Positions 12,863 through 25,800 of a DNA stretch of 64,000 nt are shown in pieces. Both the position numbers and the translations under genes were made by a program. How positions within the stretch are numbered: the stretch's first letter is position 1; the number at the start of each line of letters is the position of its first letter. Source of the DNA: Phoronis australis (taxonomy: Eukaryota > Animalia > Phoronida). The DNA is taken from positions 242,510-306,509 of the forward strand of contig NMRA01000046.1 of assembly GCA_002633005.1 (NCBI GenBank). The letters are read 5' to 3'. The notes beneath the pieces were generated by a model, which was not told the origin of the DNA, searched no databases, and was given only the letters and a program-made list of their open reading frames with translations.

Positions 12863-13689
12863 GGTGAAATGACTTCAGCAAGAATACTTGATATATTAGC
12901 CAAAAGTGTGGTTTAAATATTAATGATATTAAAAGTACATTACCGGAACCTCCGGTGATGGAGAACACGGCTTCACCGCCTTCACGCAAGTTAGCTCATT
13001 AGAAACTTAAGCCTGAATAATGCTTATTCACAACTTCATAAACAATTGATTTTTAAGTTTGATTTTCATTTTTGGCGGTGTACCACCAAAGACCTAAATT
13101 TACCGTCATACGTGTACGGATACTCCACTCAACTGCCGCCAACCACTTAAAACAAAACGTTATTAGCAAAATGAGCCAAATACAAACATGGCTGAAAGTT
13201 ACAAAATGTTTATATTTTAGTGATATATTTAGACTAACAAAGTTCATCATGTGTGCTAAATTATTGACAGTAAAGGAAATAGTATCTTCACCGAAACTCA
13301 TGTTCTGCTGCGTATTGACTTCAAGTTAGCTTGAAGAGACTTGGGCAAATCTGTCATAACCATTCAAAATGGAAACCTGAGATATGCCCATGTGACAGTG
13401 ATACCTTTTGATCGACATACTAATACTATGTTCAAAACTGATGAAAACAATAATAACAATATTTAAAGTTACGTAGGGCCTTATCGATAAGTCTAGTGTG
13501 TTTTTAGCCAAATATCTTTAAAACTAAACTTTTTTAAAACTCAGTAAAAGTATACATTTTCTCATTACCAGAAAGCCTGTAGAAGTGGCTATTCAACCTT
13601 ATAGCAATGGCTCATTAATTGGGCCACGTGACCATGTCTTTTCAGTGAAATTTAACTTAAAACAAAAGTACACCCATAGCAAAACAACG

Positions 13690-14335
13690 GTAACAATATT
13701 AACTAATGACCGGATTTTACTTGATATAAATGTTTAAGGTAAAATAAAAAACCCCATGACAGTTTCGTAAATCGCTTATTTTTTAAGAAAAACCCCTAGC
13801 ACAAAAAGGGAAAATTTGAAAAACAAATCCTAATACTGTTTTGGAGAGTAGTACATAAAGCGTAGCACCTGAATCCGGTCAGTAATATCCGATATTGGAC
13901 AAATTTGAACATTTTTCTAGGGTCTCAAATAACAATCAAAGATATTTATCAGTCGGTGTCGACCTTTGTAAGGATGTGTGTGGTTCAATTCTTTCTTAAA
14001 TAAGACGATTGCATGTCAGCAGCATTGCATTGTGAGAGATAGAATATTCTTATCACGATGAGGCTTTCTTTTTTATAAAGCATGTACGCCATTGGTTTAG
14101 GGAATGACCTGTTCCAGTTTTCCTTATAGGCAGGGACACAAAACCGTTTGTCAATGTTCTAATGTGCAGTCAAACCCAATTTTGTAAAAGTAGTGACTCA
14201 TCTGCTTTCATGTTGCTCACCGCGATCTCAGGCTCTCTCGATCTAGAATTTTTTATGAATAAAAGTAATGTGAGATCTCAAGATTTTTCAGCGTCGTCAC
14301 TTAAATTCGTGGCAATACAATTGGACGACCCCTCA
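13690..14335 (+). pseudogene. Decayed copy of aminopeptidase intron 16 and part of exon 17
   Basis: Colinear similarity with about 43620-44372, including ATGAATAAAAGTAATGTGAGATCTCAAGATTT...CAATTGGACGACC (14255-14330 vs 44292-44369). The splice acceptor is deleted and the frame is disrupted. Confidence 0.7.
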
Positions 14336-15586
14336 ACTTTTTGAATTTTGGAAAGCAAAGTATTTTCCTTTGTTACACTTTTTGTTCTGGGCAGAAATTA
14401 GTGAAATCCGGCGTTCGAAAACTTGGATGTTTAACAGATCCCATAGAGGTCGATTTCAACACCGTAACAATGCTATAGCGGATGTCATTAATCAGTACAA
14501 GCGCATCGAGTCCACTTCCTACGAGCCTGATCGACGAATATGGTAGCCTGAGTCAGTGTCTCTACCAGGAATCATATTGCTCATGATCCCATGAATACTT
14601 TGTTCAATAGTTACGCAAGACGCTTAATAATAACAATTTTGTTTATTGAGATTTTGGTACTGAGGATCTGGGTCTAGTATTTGATATTTCACTTACAATA
14701 ATTAAATAATCATAGGCTTACAGTATAGCATGTGCGAACTACAGACACGGAGTATCCATATTATGTAACATGCACGGTCTACACGTATACATTTCCCTGT
14801 TCACTATAATTATGCAGTAGAGAGTTTGAAAGAACTGAAATTAAACTAGTAAAAACAGATCAAAGTCGTGTCTTCGGTTATTGACATTTTCGGGGGATAT
14901 CTAATTCCAGTGTGTAGCTATCCCATATCCCTAATATTATGGGATCACAAAAGGAATCAAAAGATGTTTCGTTCTCCAAAAAGGTGGATTTTTCTTATTT
15001 TATTTCAACTTGATCTTTGGCATCTTTGTTGGCCAGAAGTTTGAGCTTGCATCCAAAAATTGTACAAGAAATGGACATTAGAAACGATACATTGCAATTT
15101 CCTACAAACCAGCATGTTCGGGAAATGGAAATTGGGCAAAATTCAACTAAGATGGCGGATGCAGCCATCTTGAATTATAAAAAGTGATCAAGGTTGCACA
15201 AACCGCAACAAAGTTAATATTGTTCCCATGATCACATAGGCCTAAAATAAATTTCCAAAAGAAAACTTCACAGTAAACAACATTGCAGGGTCAAATTTTT
15301 AGGAATTAGACTGACTTTCCCAAAACCACATCTAAACAACATAGATCTGGTGTTGTGGAATCAGTTCTTTCGTCAGCTCTCACAATGTGGTCTTGACAAC
15401 ATACAACATTGGTCGGGTATCTGCCAGAGCCCATGTGTAGAACTTTTGTCCAGTAAATCAATGCCGTTTGCATAATTATATTTAGGACATGGCGTCGGTC
15501 TGCCACATTTATTTACAGATCTTATCGTATGCATTTTCGATCGGTCTACAGACTACACTTTCACATACTTGAGCACTATACGTCAA

Positions 15587-18140
15587 AGGAGAATGCCACC
15601 CAAAAAACAATCTATTTTGTATCAATTTAAATCGAGTAGTTCCAATCAATAACAGCAAGTTCAGTTGTTCTACCTAACGGCAGACGGAGGTGTTGAAAAT
15701 AACCAATGACGTAATCGGTTCGAACGCAGTCTGTTCAACAATTCGCAATACGCTTACTGGTGTCAACTTATCGCTTGAATTCATCGTTTTACACCAATGA
15801 ATCGTCAAACTTCGATGTAAACCCCTTACAAACACATCGAGTTCTTGAAAAAACGTGTTTTATTTCACTGTTACGGATTTATAGGTTTTTGAACGTACCG
15901 TAAGCTACAGAGTTCGGTAGGCTGACTACGGTCAATCGCGGGAGTTTGGGTCTGTTTGGTAATAAATTCGAATCATTCTTCTGTGAAATACAGACGGGGG
16001 GAACATAGCTGTGTGTTATACCTTTAGACTGGCGATTTTTTCAGTTCTAAACACACAAAACGCTTGTTACTCCCCGCCAGTGGCTCGACGGAACCCGATC
16101 AGGCCCGTCGCGGACTGGACATCACGAACATAAACAAGCTTAATTTGGAAAGTAAACCTCCAGTCACGAAAAGACTATAATAGTGAGCCAAAGAAATAAT
16201 GTGCACTTAATTATTTAGGTGAATTAGCCACGAAACTGAATATCTATTTACTTATCGAGGGCCCCGAAGTCAGGTTCCCCTTCCACAGAACCGCCAGGGC
16301 AAATGTTGTCGGTACAGTAACAATGATTCGAATAATGTATTTGTATTTCTAAATAGAAGATTCCCCTAACATGTGACCATAGCATATAAAATCGAGTTAT
16401 TGTTTAACAACAGCTTTCTGTCAGCAAACACTGAATTAGCTTGCGATCACACGCCTCGATACCCTGTCAATTACGTTTATTGCATCTAAAGCCGGTAACG
16501 CAGTGGTTTATTCATTACTGGCTTCTCAAAACATTTGCACTCACGAATACTCCAAAGGCATTACTAATTGTATCTAATGAGACAGACCTTGTTTCAGTTT
16601 TATATAAGCATTGGTTAGGGTGACTGTACTTCGGGAGCAAGTTTTCTGTTATACAGAATTTGTTGAATACACGACACTTTTCATTTTTCACGGTCTTTAT
16701 TCCGTTGCGTTCATACTTTCTGAACAAAACTCTACTCTCTACTGAACATAGATACAGTAACTGACCTAGCGACATAATTAAAAAGACACACGATATTTCG
16801 AAACATACTTGTTTCATTCTCAAGTGAAGATAAAATGACGCAGTAATGCCACCACAGAGTATAAGCTGACGACACACACAGTGAGACACGGCGGGTGTGA
16901 AATACTGCAAAGAATGACTAAAGAATTAGGGTAACAGGAAAGTCACGCAAACAAGTGTAACGTGCGGCGCGACCCTGTTTGCTGCTCATTCAAAATAGGC
17001 TTCTCAAAAGCAATTAAAAGGGACTCTAATACTTTCAAACGCAGCACATCTTGCTCCACGTAGCGAATTGACGTGTTTTCCACAATTTCTTGACNNNNNN
17101 NNNNNNNNNNNNNNNNNNNNNNNNNNNNNNNNNNNNNNNNNNNNNNNNNNNNNNNNNNNNNNNNNNNNNNNNNNNNNNNNNNNNNNNNNNNNNNNNNNNN
17201 NNNNNNNNNNNNNNNNNNNNNNNNNNNNNNNNNNNNNNNNNNNNNNNNNNGCGTGACTTTCCTGTTACCCTAATTCTTTAGTCATTCTTTGCAGTATTTC
17301 ACACCCGCCGTGTCTCACTGTGTGTGTCGTCAGCTTATACTCTGTGGTGGCATTACTGCGTCATTTTATCTTCACTTGAGAATGAAACAAGTATGTTTCG
17401 AAATATCGTGTGTCTTTTTAATTATGTCGCTAGGTCAGTTACTGTATCTATGTTCAGTAGAGAGTAGAGTTTTGTTCAGAAAGTATGAACGCAACGGAAT
17501 AAAGACCGTGAAAAATGAAAAGTGTCGTGTATTCAACAAATTGGTTAGGGTGAGAATAATTCATTTTGAAACAGAATGCAGAACAATGAACGTCTACATG
17601 GCAACTCCGGTCGCCCGGCGCCAATCCCGACTTAGTCGAGAGCTCATCCGACGAAGACTTCACGGGTCGGATCGTTAGGTTTCACAGGCTATCAGTTCTA
17701 ACAGGAATACACTGTACAAGAAATACTAGAGAGGCGCCGTGGACATGCACAGGCAACGGAGAAATCACTGTCGGACAGTGATTTCTTTGACGAAATGCTG
17801 GCCACAGACATGGAGATGTTTCAGGGCCTCATACTTGCTATTAACAGCGTACTTTTCATTCTACACTACCGCGAGCCACTTCCTAAGCATTTCGGGCTCT
17901 CGAGGAAGTCGAAAAAACGATATACCCGCTTTCTTCGGACAAGCGGGAACGATGCACCGCAATGTATCTGCATTCACTCTGCAGATGAACCACTGACGTC
18001 GCTGCGTCGTTTCTCACCTTCCTCACAGGTTAACGCGACACCTCTCGGCAAGGTGAGGTCGACCGTGTATTAAGAGGCCTTGTGAATATAGACCGATTAA
18101 GACGGTAAAAGAGAATAATTAAATCCGATGGCATTCTCCT
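15587..18140. mobile_element. Non-autonomous Kolobok-like element of about 2.55 kb with a nested foldback
   Basis: TIR AGGAGAATGCCA (15587) / TGGCATTCTCCT (ends 18140), flanked by TCAA and TTAA. The left about 250 bp recurs after TTAA at 35956-36209. Confidence 0.7.
16657..17542. repeat. Inverted repeat pair of about 292 bp around an N gap
   Basis: 16657-16948 is the reverse complement of 17251-17542 (the ORF track shows identical translations on opposite strands). Confidence 0.9.
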
Positions 18141-19871
18141 TTAACATATGTATTATCTCGCTATCAAATAATTTAAAGTAAATCGATGTAGACGATCATT
18201 TTATCTCAAATAAACTGGCTTTTTTTGCACCAAACAATAGCTTAAGTGTAAATTAAGTGTGATGCTAAGGTATGTGCATTAAGACACTGTTTTGATTTTC
18301 CTGCCTTCGGAGAACCATTTCTTGTGTGAGAAAACCATTCTTCTACGTTTAAAGACAATAATAAATTCCAGTTGCGAATAGTTTCAAAAGTGTATCAATC
18401 AGAAAATCAGTTCCAAATTTGTATTTACTTATTGGTAATTACAACTTACAAAGATGATTTGCCAATTCATAGCTTCATCTCTTCCTTACTAACACTATTA
18501 TTTAGTAAACGTAGATTGTCATTAGGTGTATGTTTTGTACACAACTCGCAATGTAGATCATTATCAATATTATCGCCAAATGACTGGTACCGTTCTGGAA
18601 CAGTTTCCATTGGAGTTGTCAAATTGCTCGGATCCTGAAATGCTTGGTCTATTCCCCAACCACGGTGATTTTGGAGATTTCGTAATCGTGTCCCAGAATG
18701 TACATGTACGAGGGTTGCCAAATGAGTCACATAGTATTAAATGCAGGTCGCTATGAGGCTTAAGGCTCAAGCAGAAATTTGATCTTGCGCGTACAGTATT
18801 TCTAAAAAGTAATGATATCTCACCTGGTCAAAAGTGCAAAGTCTCTGAGAATATACACATACTGCTAGTTACAATGCTGAAGTATTTTCTATGAATTGTT
18901 TCTAGACTGTTATGTGCTAATAATTACTTTGCCATACATTTTTCAAACAATGCCGAATTGGGAGCGCAAGACCAAATTTCTGTATTTAATGTGGTTCTAA
19001 AAATCTTATAGCTTTTATGCCACTTTTGTGAAACTGACCCCAACGCTCGAATAGACCTGGCAGTTAGTTATTGCTTGAGACTAGGCTCCAATATCTCGTT
19101 CACAAACTGGCTAAAACGCCAGTGTTTTCGCAAGCACCGTGGCCTTATGATATCTCGAGTAGCACAAACGCCAGTCCTGTGAACGTATGGTTACTTAAGT
19201 ATTTGCTGCCACATTGATGGCGGTTTGAGTAACACATAAGTGTTGGGGTTTTCGGTAGCACTTTTGTAGCTCCAACCGCTTACTTCGAAGGGTTGACACA
19301 GGCAGTGGAGGAGGTCTAATTGTTTCGTCGCATTAATCAACCGATGACAGTGAACGAACGCCTTTTGATGTCAATTTTCGATTAAAAGCCACTCATGTGG
19401 TGAGGAAATAAACTAACTTCACCAGAAAATAACATCTTTTCTTGACAGCTGGTCGGTCTGGCTAAATCTCTTGTGTTTTCACTAGCGTTTTAATCAGTGA
19501 AACTGCATGCTGGCGTTTTGCCGCTAATCTGACCCAAGCAATAAACTTAAACCGATTCAAGAGGTACGTTTTCATTGAGGTTTTGTTGTTGACGTATATT
19601 GTCGCAATTGGCATACATTGTCGCTTGAGTGACAATATGTGTGGAGTACGACAAAATGTCCCCAAAATTATACCATATGGATTCAGTTACGTTTCATCAT
19701 TTTAGCCTGAACTTTTAGAGTAAACTTTGACAAGTATGCCATTTATTGGCTGCAGCAGATAAAGCACATGTTATCTCAAACTCGTATCTGCGACTGTAAA
19801 CGACCAATCCCATTTTACTCAAGACCATCAACGTCGACGCGTTGTAGTTGTTGATAGGTGAACGGGCAAAG

Positions 19872-22800
19872 ATGGAGGTTGAAGATTTCGGCTTGCGGTC
19901 TAAGTCTAAGGGTGTTTTTTGCAGCAAATCTCGCCTCATACTGTTAATTATAGTTTGGATATTGATCACCGTGGCAATTGGGGTTTTAGCGGGACTGTTC
20001 GGCCGCCAGTGCCCGCCAGCTGACGTGCCTGGCGTACCAATTACCACTAAGTCGCCAGAGACGCCGGAGGAACCATGGAAAAATCTTCGTCTTCCAAAAT
20101 ATATCGTTCCCGTGCACTATGATGTCAGTCTCTTTCCAGATTTCTATGGCGACAACGAGACATTCTATGGCAACGTTAGCGTAGAAATTCGAGTGAGCCA
20201 GGCAACGCCTTATTTGATAATACATTACAAACAGATGAATATTACGAAAACGGTTGTGAGAGGAATCGATGGACAAAAACAGTTAAAGATTAGAAGGACA
20301 TTTTCACATCTTCCCAATGAGTTTTGGATTGTTGAAATGGAACACGCAATCCAAGCTGGAAATACCGTATTTTTAGATTTGACTTTCGACGGGTCTTTAA
20401 CAAATGGAATCGTTGGTTTATATAAAAGCACTTACATCAACAGTATAACAGGTGAAAAAAGGTAAGATGATTAGTTGTTGCACACGCTCTAATGTTGGAC
20501 TCGGTCAGCGCAAATATAATTGATCGGTATCGTGTGCATAGGTAGAACTTAGAACCCAAGATACGAAACTTCGATTTTCTGCACAATCTTTGACGATTAA
20601 GGTGCGCAAACATTCAGATTATCCTCTGCAGAGGCCACGTTCCGTTTCTGTTCAACCTAATGTTGCTAGCCTGTTGCCGGCTCTTGGCCGATCTCACGGG
20701 CGACTTGACCTGAGCCTGCTTGTCTGCCCAGGGCTGGTCCCTGCATGGTTGCGCTCCCGTCTTCCCCGAAAGCTTGGTCTGGACGTGCTAATCTGCCGGC
20801 TTTTACTTGAAATGTCTCTTTTATAGAAGCTAGATAGCTTGATACCTTCCTGGAAGATTCCTTGCGGCTTCAACTCTGTGTTCCATGCAGGTTCCATTAA
20901 GTCACGTTATTTTGTCACTTGTGTATTGTGTTGCTTTGTATAGTATTGTGTTGTACTGCCATTGTATTGAATTGAATTGTATTGTATTATGACCGGTGAT
21001 CCAACTTACTGGATTTGGCATATATGTACATATATTAGAGATAACCCAGTTACATAAAACGCAAATTGCAAAAGTGTTTAATGTACAGCTTTTAACAATT
21101 ACTGGTCATGTATTTACTGTGTGAATGAGTGGGTTGTGTTTTTTACTATTTAAAAATAGTATTCGTCGGCGGTTGGATGGACGTTGGTATTGGCCTTTTT
21201 ACGCCAGGTCTTGTTTTCAAAAATACGAAGACACTCTTTATTTTCAGAGGACTTGCGACATCCAAATTTGAACCTGTGGACGCCCGAAAAGCATTCCCGT
21301 GCTTTGACGAGCCCAATATCAAGGCTGAGTTCACAGTCCGTCTGCGTCGTAAGCAAAACTACACAGCTCTGTCTAACATGCCTGTCGAGGTACAACTTAT
21401 GTTCATGGTTTGGAATACATTACCCATGCTCCATCTTTCCAAAAAAATACCACATTTGTTACAAAGTTTTTTTGAAAATTGATAATTAGTACAGTTGCCG
21501 ATATTGCACACTCCACAGTTGATCTTTCAGAATTAGGCATAATTCATGACTACTCATTTGGAAAAATGTATGGAAATTTTTTGATGGTCGTAATCAACGT
21601 GACATAAAAACATATTCGCCACCATAACGGATGCACCCCGCCATTATACATCAAGACACACCAACGATAATGCATTAATCTGCATCAGTGACGTAGGTAG
21701 GCCTACTGAGGGTTTTGGCTCCCGGGGTATCAACACTAAAATGGCATAATCTGTGTTGAGGCAATATGCCTGAACTGCAGTGAATTTTCATTTGCCAGAG
21801 AAAAAACTTGTTTCTGGAAAGGAATTACTTATACAAAAGCCACAAGTGTTACAGTATAGTTGTTTGGGGACGGTAGGGAGGCAGCGGCAACCACGCGTCG
21901 ACAGCGAAATATAGAGAAGATAGAAAAATTGAGATTAATGGAAAGTTGCGTCAACAATTGAAGTGAAAAGTTGACAAGATTTCCTGTGGCCAGTGAAATC
22001 ACAGAATTTCCAACTGTTCAATAACTTGACCAAAGGTTAGCCTGAATGTTCCCATAGAAATGAGGCTCAGCAATCAATCAAAAATGTGAGGCTAGCCAAA
22101 CCATGCGACTTCATCGATGAGATATACAGTCCAGTTTAGTCCATTATAGTTCAGTATAGTCCAATATAGACCAGTATAGTCCAATATAGTTCAGCATAGT
22201 CCAACAGATTCCAGATAGTCCAATATAGTCCAGTGATAGTCCAGTAGTCCAGTATAGTACAGTATACAGTAGTCCAAATGTCAGAATATGAAAGCGGTTA
22301 TATATGTACGCCTAGAAACTCTTTTGATTACTTTAGGATTTTTTAAATCGTTATAGCCAAAGATCCAATTAATAGGACCTCACTCAGTTTTTATCATTGT
22401 TGAAATGACTCGCTGGTAATAATAGAGATGCCAAAGTTCAATGAATCACGTGTTAATGTCGCTATTTGATCGTCTCGTGTGTGACCTTAGCCATTTCGCC
22501 GGACGAGATTAAAGAGTTCAACTTCGGTACCGAAATATTCAAATTGGCCCAAGGTTGCAAAACTTTGAAAAGGGCATAAAATTTTGGAGCTTCATGAAGC
22601 TTCACGTTTGTCGAGTTGAGCTACAAAAAAGTTTTAGTTGTGTTTTGCGAGTGGAGGCATTCAGATTGAAGTAGTCGTCTGCAAGAAGGTCGCATTTGGC
22701 CTGCAGGTGCTAGGCAAATAAACATCTGACATGTTACTTTCCAGTTTAAAATCAGGTCGGCAAGCCCCAGGAACCATCTTCTAATTGACAAACAATTTAG

Positions 22801-25800
22801 TTCTTATATCTACAAAGCACTATATGCTTTATTTGCTTATTAAAGGGTGGGATACATAATCGAGTTAATGCTTATCCAATACATTATGGAAATTGAAACA
22901 CGAACACGAGAGTATCTTTTACTTGAACAATGCTTCTGCATATCTGGGAGTACTATAAATTGATATCGGTCCTAGTGTATATCAACCAGGAAAACTGGTG
23001 TCGCCGTCAGCCCTTGATATCACGAAATAGTTGATATAAGCTCCTAAGTTTCCTACAGGGCAATTACCGATTAGTGATCTTCACTGTTCAGGATATTTAA
23101 ATGTCAAGGACAGAAACTCCTAATTTTTCAACGTGTTTTGGTTTCTGAAATTGAATTAATCGTGTGTAGAATCCTTCTTTCGAGGACTAAAGCTGAACGA
23201 TTAACAAAAGAACTAGATTAATACTCTTAGTGAACCGGTATCGTCTGGAACAGGCGGACTGGCGGGGGTTATGACCAACAGTAAAGACTTCGTTCACCGA
23301 GTGTCAAAAGTAGATTTGTCACATGTGATACCAGAAAGAAACAAACATGACAACGAATGCCTAAACACATTTTTTATGATTTTCAGTCCAACAGAGCACG
23401 TGATGATGGGCTTGTAGAAACAAAGTTCCAACGATCAGTTCCTATGAGTACGTACCTCGTGTGTTTTATAGTATGTGACTTTGATTTCAAGGAGGCAACA
23501 ACGAAGAACGGCAAAAAGGTAAAACTACTCATATGTTTGTTCATTCGTAACATCAACGAACCTATTATCGGGAAAAATCCCATCATGCAAAATACATTCT
23601 TTTTATCTGCAAATGTGATGCGTCCGTGTCTTGACCTAAAGGTGAGTGAAAGTAGGTCAGCTGTTCAGTGTTTGTGCATATTTCCAAACTGGTTGTCGAA
23701 ATTCTCTAACAGATTGCAGTGATTAACACCCTCGTGAGCGAGTTGCAAAAAGTGACTTTGTTAATCAAAAGATATTTTGATGAGAATTGACGTTCAATGC
23801 CCTCTTAGACAGCACGCATTGTTGTACGAAATGCTTTAGTTTAAATGTTTTGCAGTTCTGCCCGACATGAATATCGAACATTTAATACACGCTAGCTACC
23901 ATTACACAGTGGGGGATCTAGGATATCATAGGAGGGGGGGGGCAACATGTTGTCTGGGGCAACCGTGCAAAGCACTACTGCATGCGCGCAACCAGTGGGG
24001 AGCTCGAACTTTCGGGTAAGAGGAGCTTCTGTTGAGAATCAATTTGGAGGACTAAAAAAAAAACGGGGAACCCTCAACACATCAAAATGTTGTTTCATCC
24101 CCAGGTTAATTGCCCCTAAGTTAATAAGTTCAATATTTCGTCCCCCTATGTTCCACGCACATCTGTAAACAGGTCGTGCAATAACTGCATAACGACTGAA
24201 GTCAGTTCATGGCTGGTTAACTTTTGAATTGTTTACTAAATAAATGTGAGGCGGCTAATTGTCTAAACAACCACCATTGATTACTTTACATATAATAGTC
24301 GAACACTGTGTTAGTTGCTTGTCTCGTGAACATAGTAGTTCAAGAGACTATGGTGTGTTGTGTGTTGCAAAATTCAATGTTTTCAGCGTTTATGTTTGAT
24401 AAAATTTCATGTATATGTATTCAATGTTGATTATTTTTGTATTCAACCATGCTTGAAAATTTATATTTGACGTTATTATTTGTATTCACTTTTATATTCG
24501 GGTTTGATAATGCCATGTTTTCGTTCGGTGTTGTTTCCGATTATATTCGATAACGGAACTCTGATAAATTGACACGACGGCTGTGATTGATCTGCGATAA
24601 ATATATGTTCCACTATTTTTATATGTGAATGAAGACGATAACGCAAACAGTCAATGTTAGTAATATCATTGGTGCAGCTTGTATAAGCACGGCTACGCCG
24701 TGTACCTCAGCCAGTTAACTACGTTGATTAAGTTCAAAGAAATCTCATTTTGACATGGTAAAATTCTACAGTGCGGTACCGTTTCCTAAATTTGGGAAAC
24801 AAAAGTAATGAAATTGATGATTCTAACATTTAGTACATGGGAGAGTTTGGTGTATTTATCTTTCTGACGTTTTGGTCACTGCATGTTGTGGTTTTTATCA
24901 GTAAAACAGTAAGCAGAATTCACTTGGCACTGGCCTAGCGAGAGGGCACGGTAAGAGGGCAACCGGCCATGGCCCCCTGTTCATTGCAAGAATGCCCCTG
25001 TTGGGGAGACTTGGCTTAAAATGAAATTGCATTTTCCTGATTATGAAGTTTGGAACAACAATGAATTTTTCTATTTATCTTCCTGGCTAGTTTTGGTGCA
25101 TAAAATAGAATTGGCTGTGACGTTGCCACGGGGGATACAAAGGCCCATACTCCCTGTTCAGTAAAAGCAAGCCTTCCTGCATGGCGGTTTTAATTCTCAG
25201 TGTCCTTTCAGAAAGGGTCCGTCCCCTGGGGGTACATGTTCTTCAAAAAATTTTGAACTAGCGGTGGTGCCCGAAAATCAGATTAGGATACCTAACCATT
25301 TAGAGTGGACTCGCGACAATGAAAAACTCATATGGATGGAATTTCGTGAGTAAATACGCATTTTCGCACACTTTTGTTCCAGAAATTCACAAAAAGCACC
25401 CTTTTGGGGAGTATTTTTCCAAATTGTACCCTTTTGGAGAATTTGTGCCGTGAAAGGTCACCCCGGCTTCTGGGCAGCACGTCCCGAACAAGACCTCAGT
25501 CGCTATGGAAGTACTCCCCAGGAAACGTATCCACAGGACTCCCTGCTGATGGCTTATACGTTTTTGCCCCTTCTCTGTTCAAAATTTCTGGCTTTGCGAA
25601 TGAGAGTTGAGTTTTATAAAAATAAAGCTGAAACTTGCACTTTGGTAAAAATTACCGTCTGTGCATTTTTCTGACTGCTGTAATTGTTAGTCGGTAATTC
25701 TTGAATTTGGGACTGTACCATTGCAAATTTCCTGCTCAGTTTCCCAGCAATTAGTTTTTTCACTGTCTCAAACTGGAGAAACTTTATCGCACTATATTTC

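Noticed and set aside
16515-17678. Two identical-start ORFs of about 130 aa on opposite strands
   Set aside because: A by-product of the inverted repeat, with non-ATG starts and no domain features.
20590-20897. GC-richer ORF-bearing patch in aminopeptidase intron 1
   Set aside because: Probably an old retroelement fragment, but no RT or endonuclease motif can be recognised.
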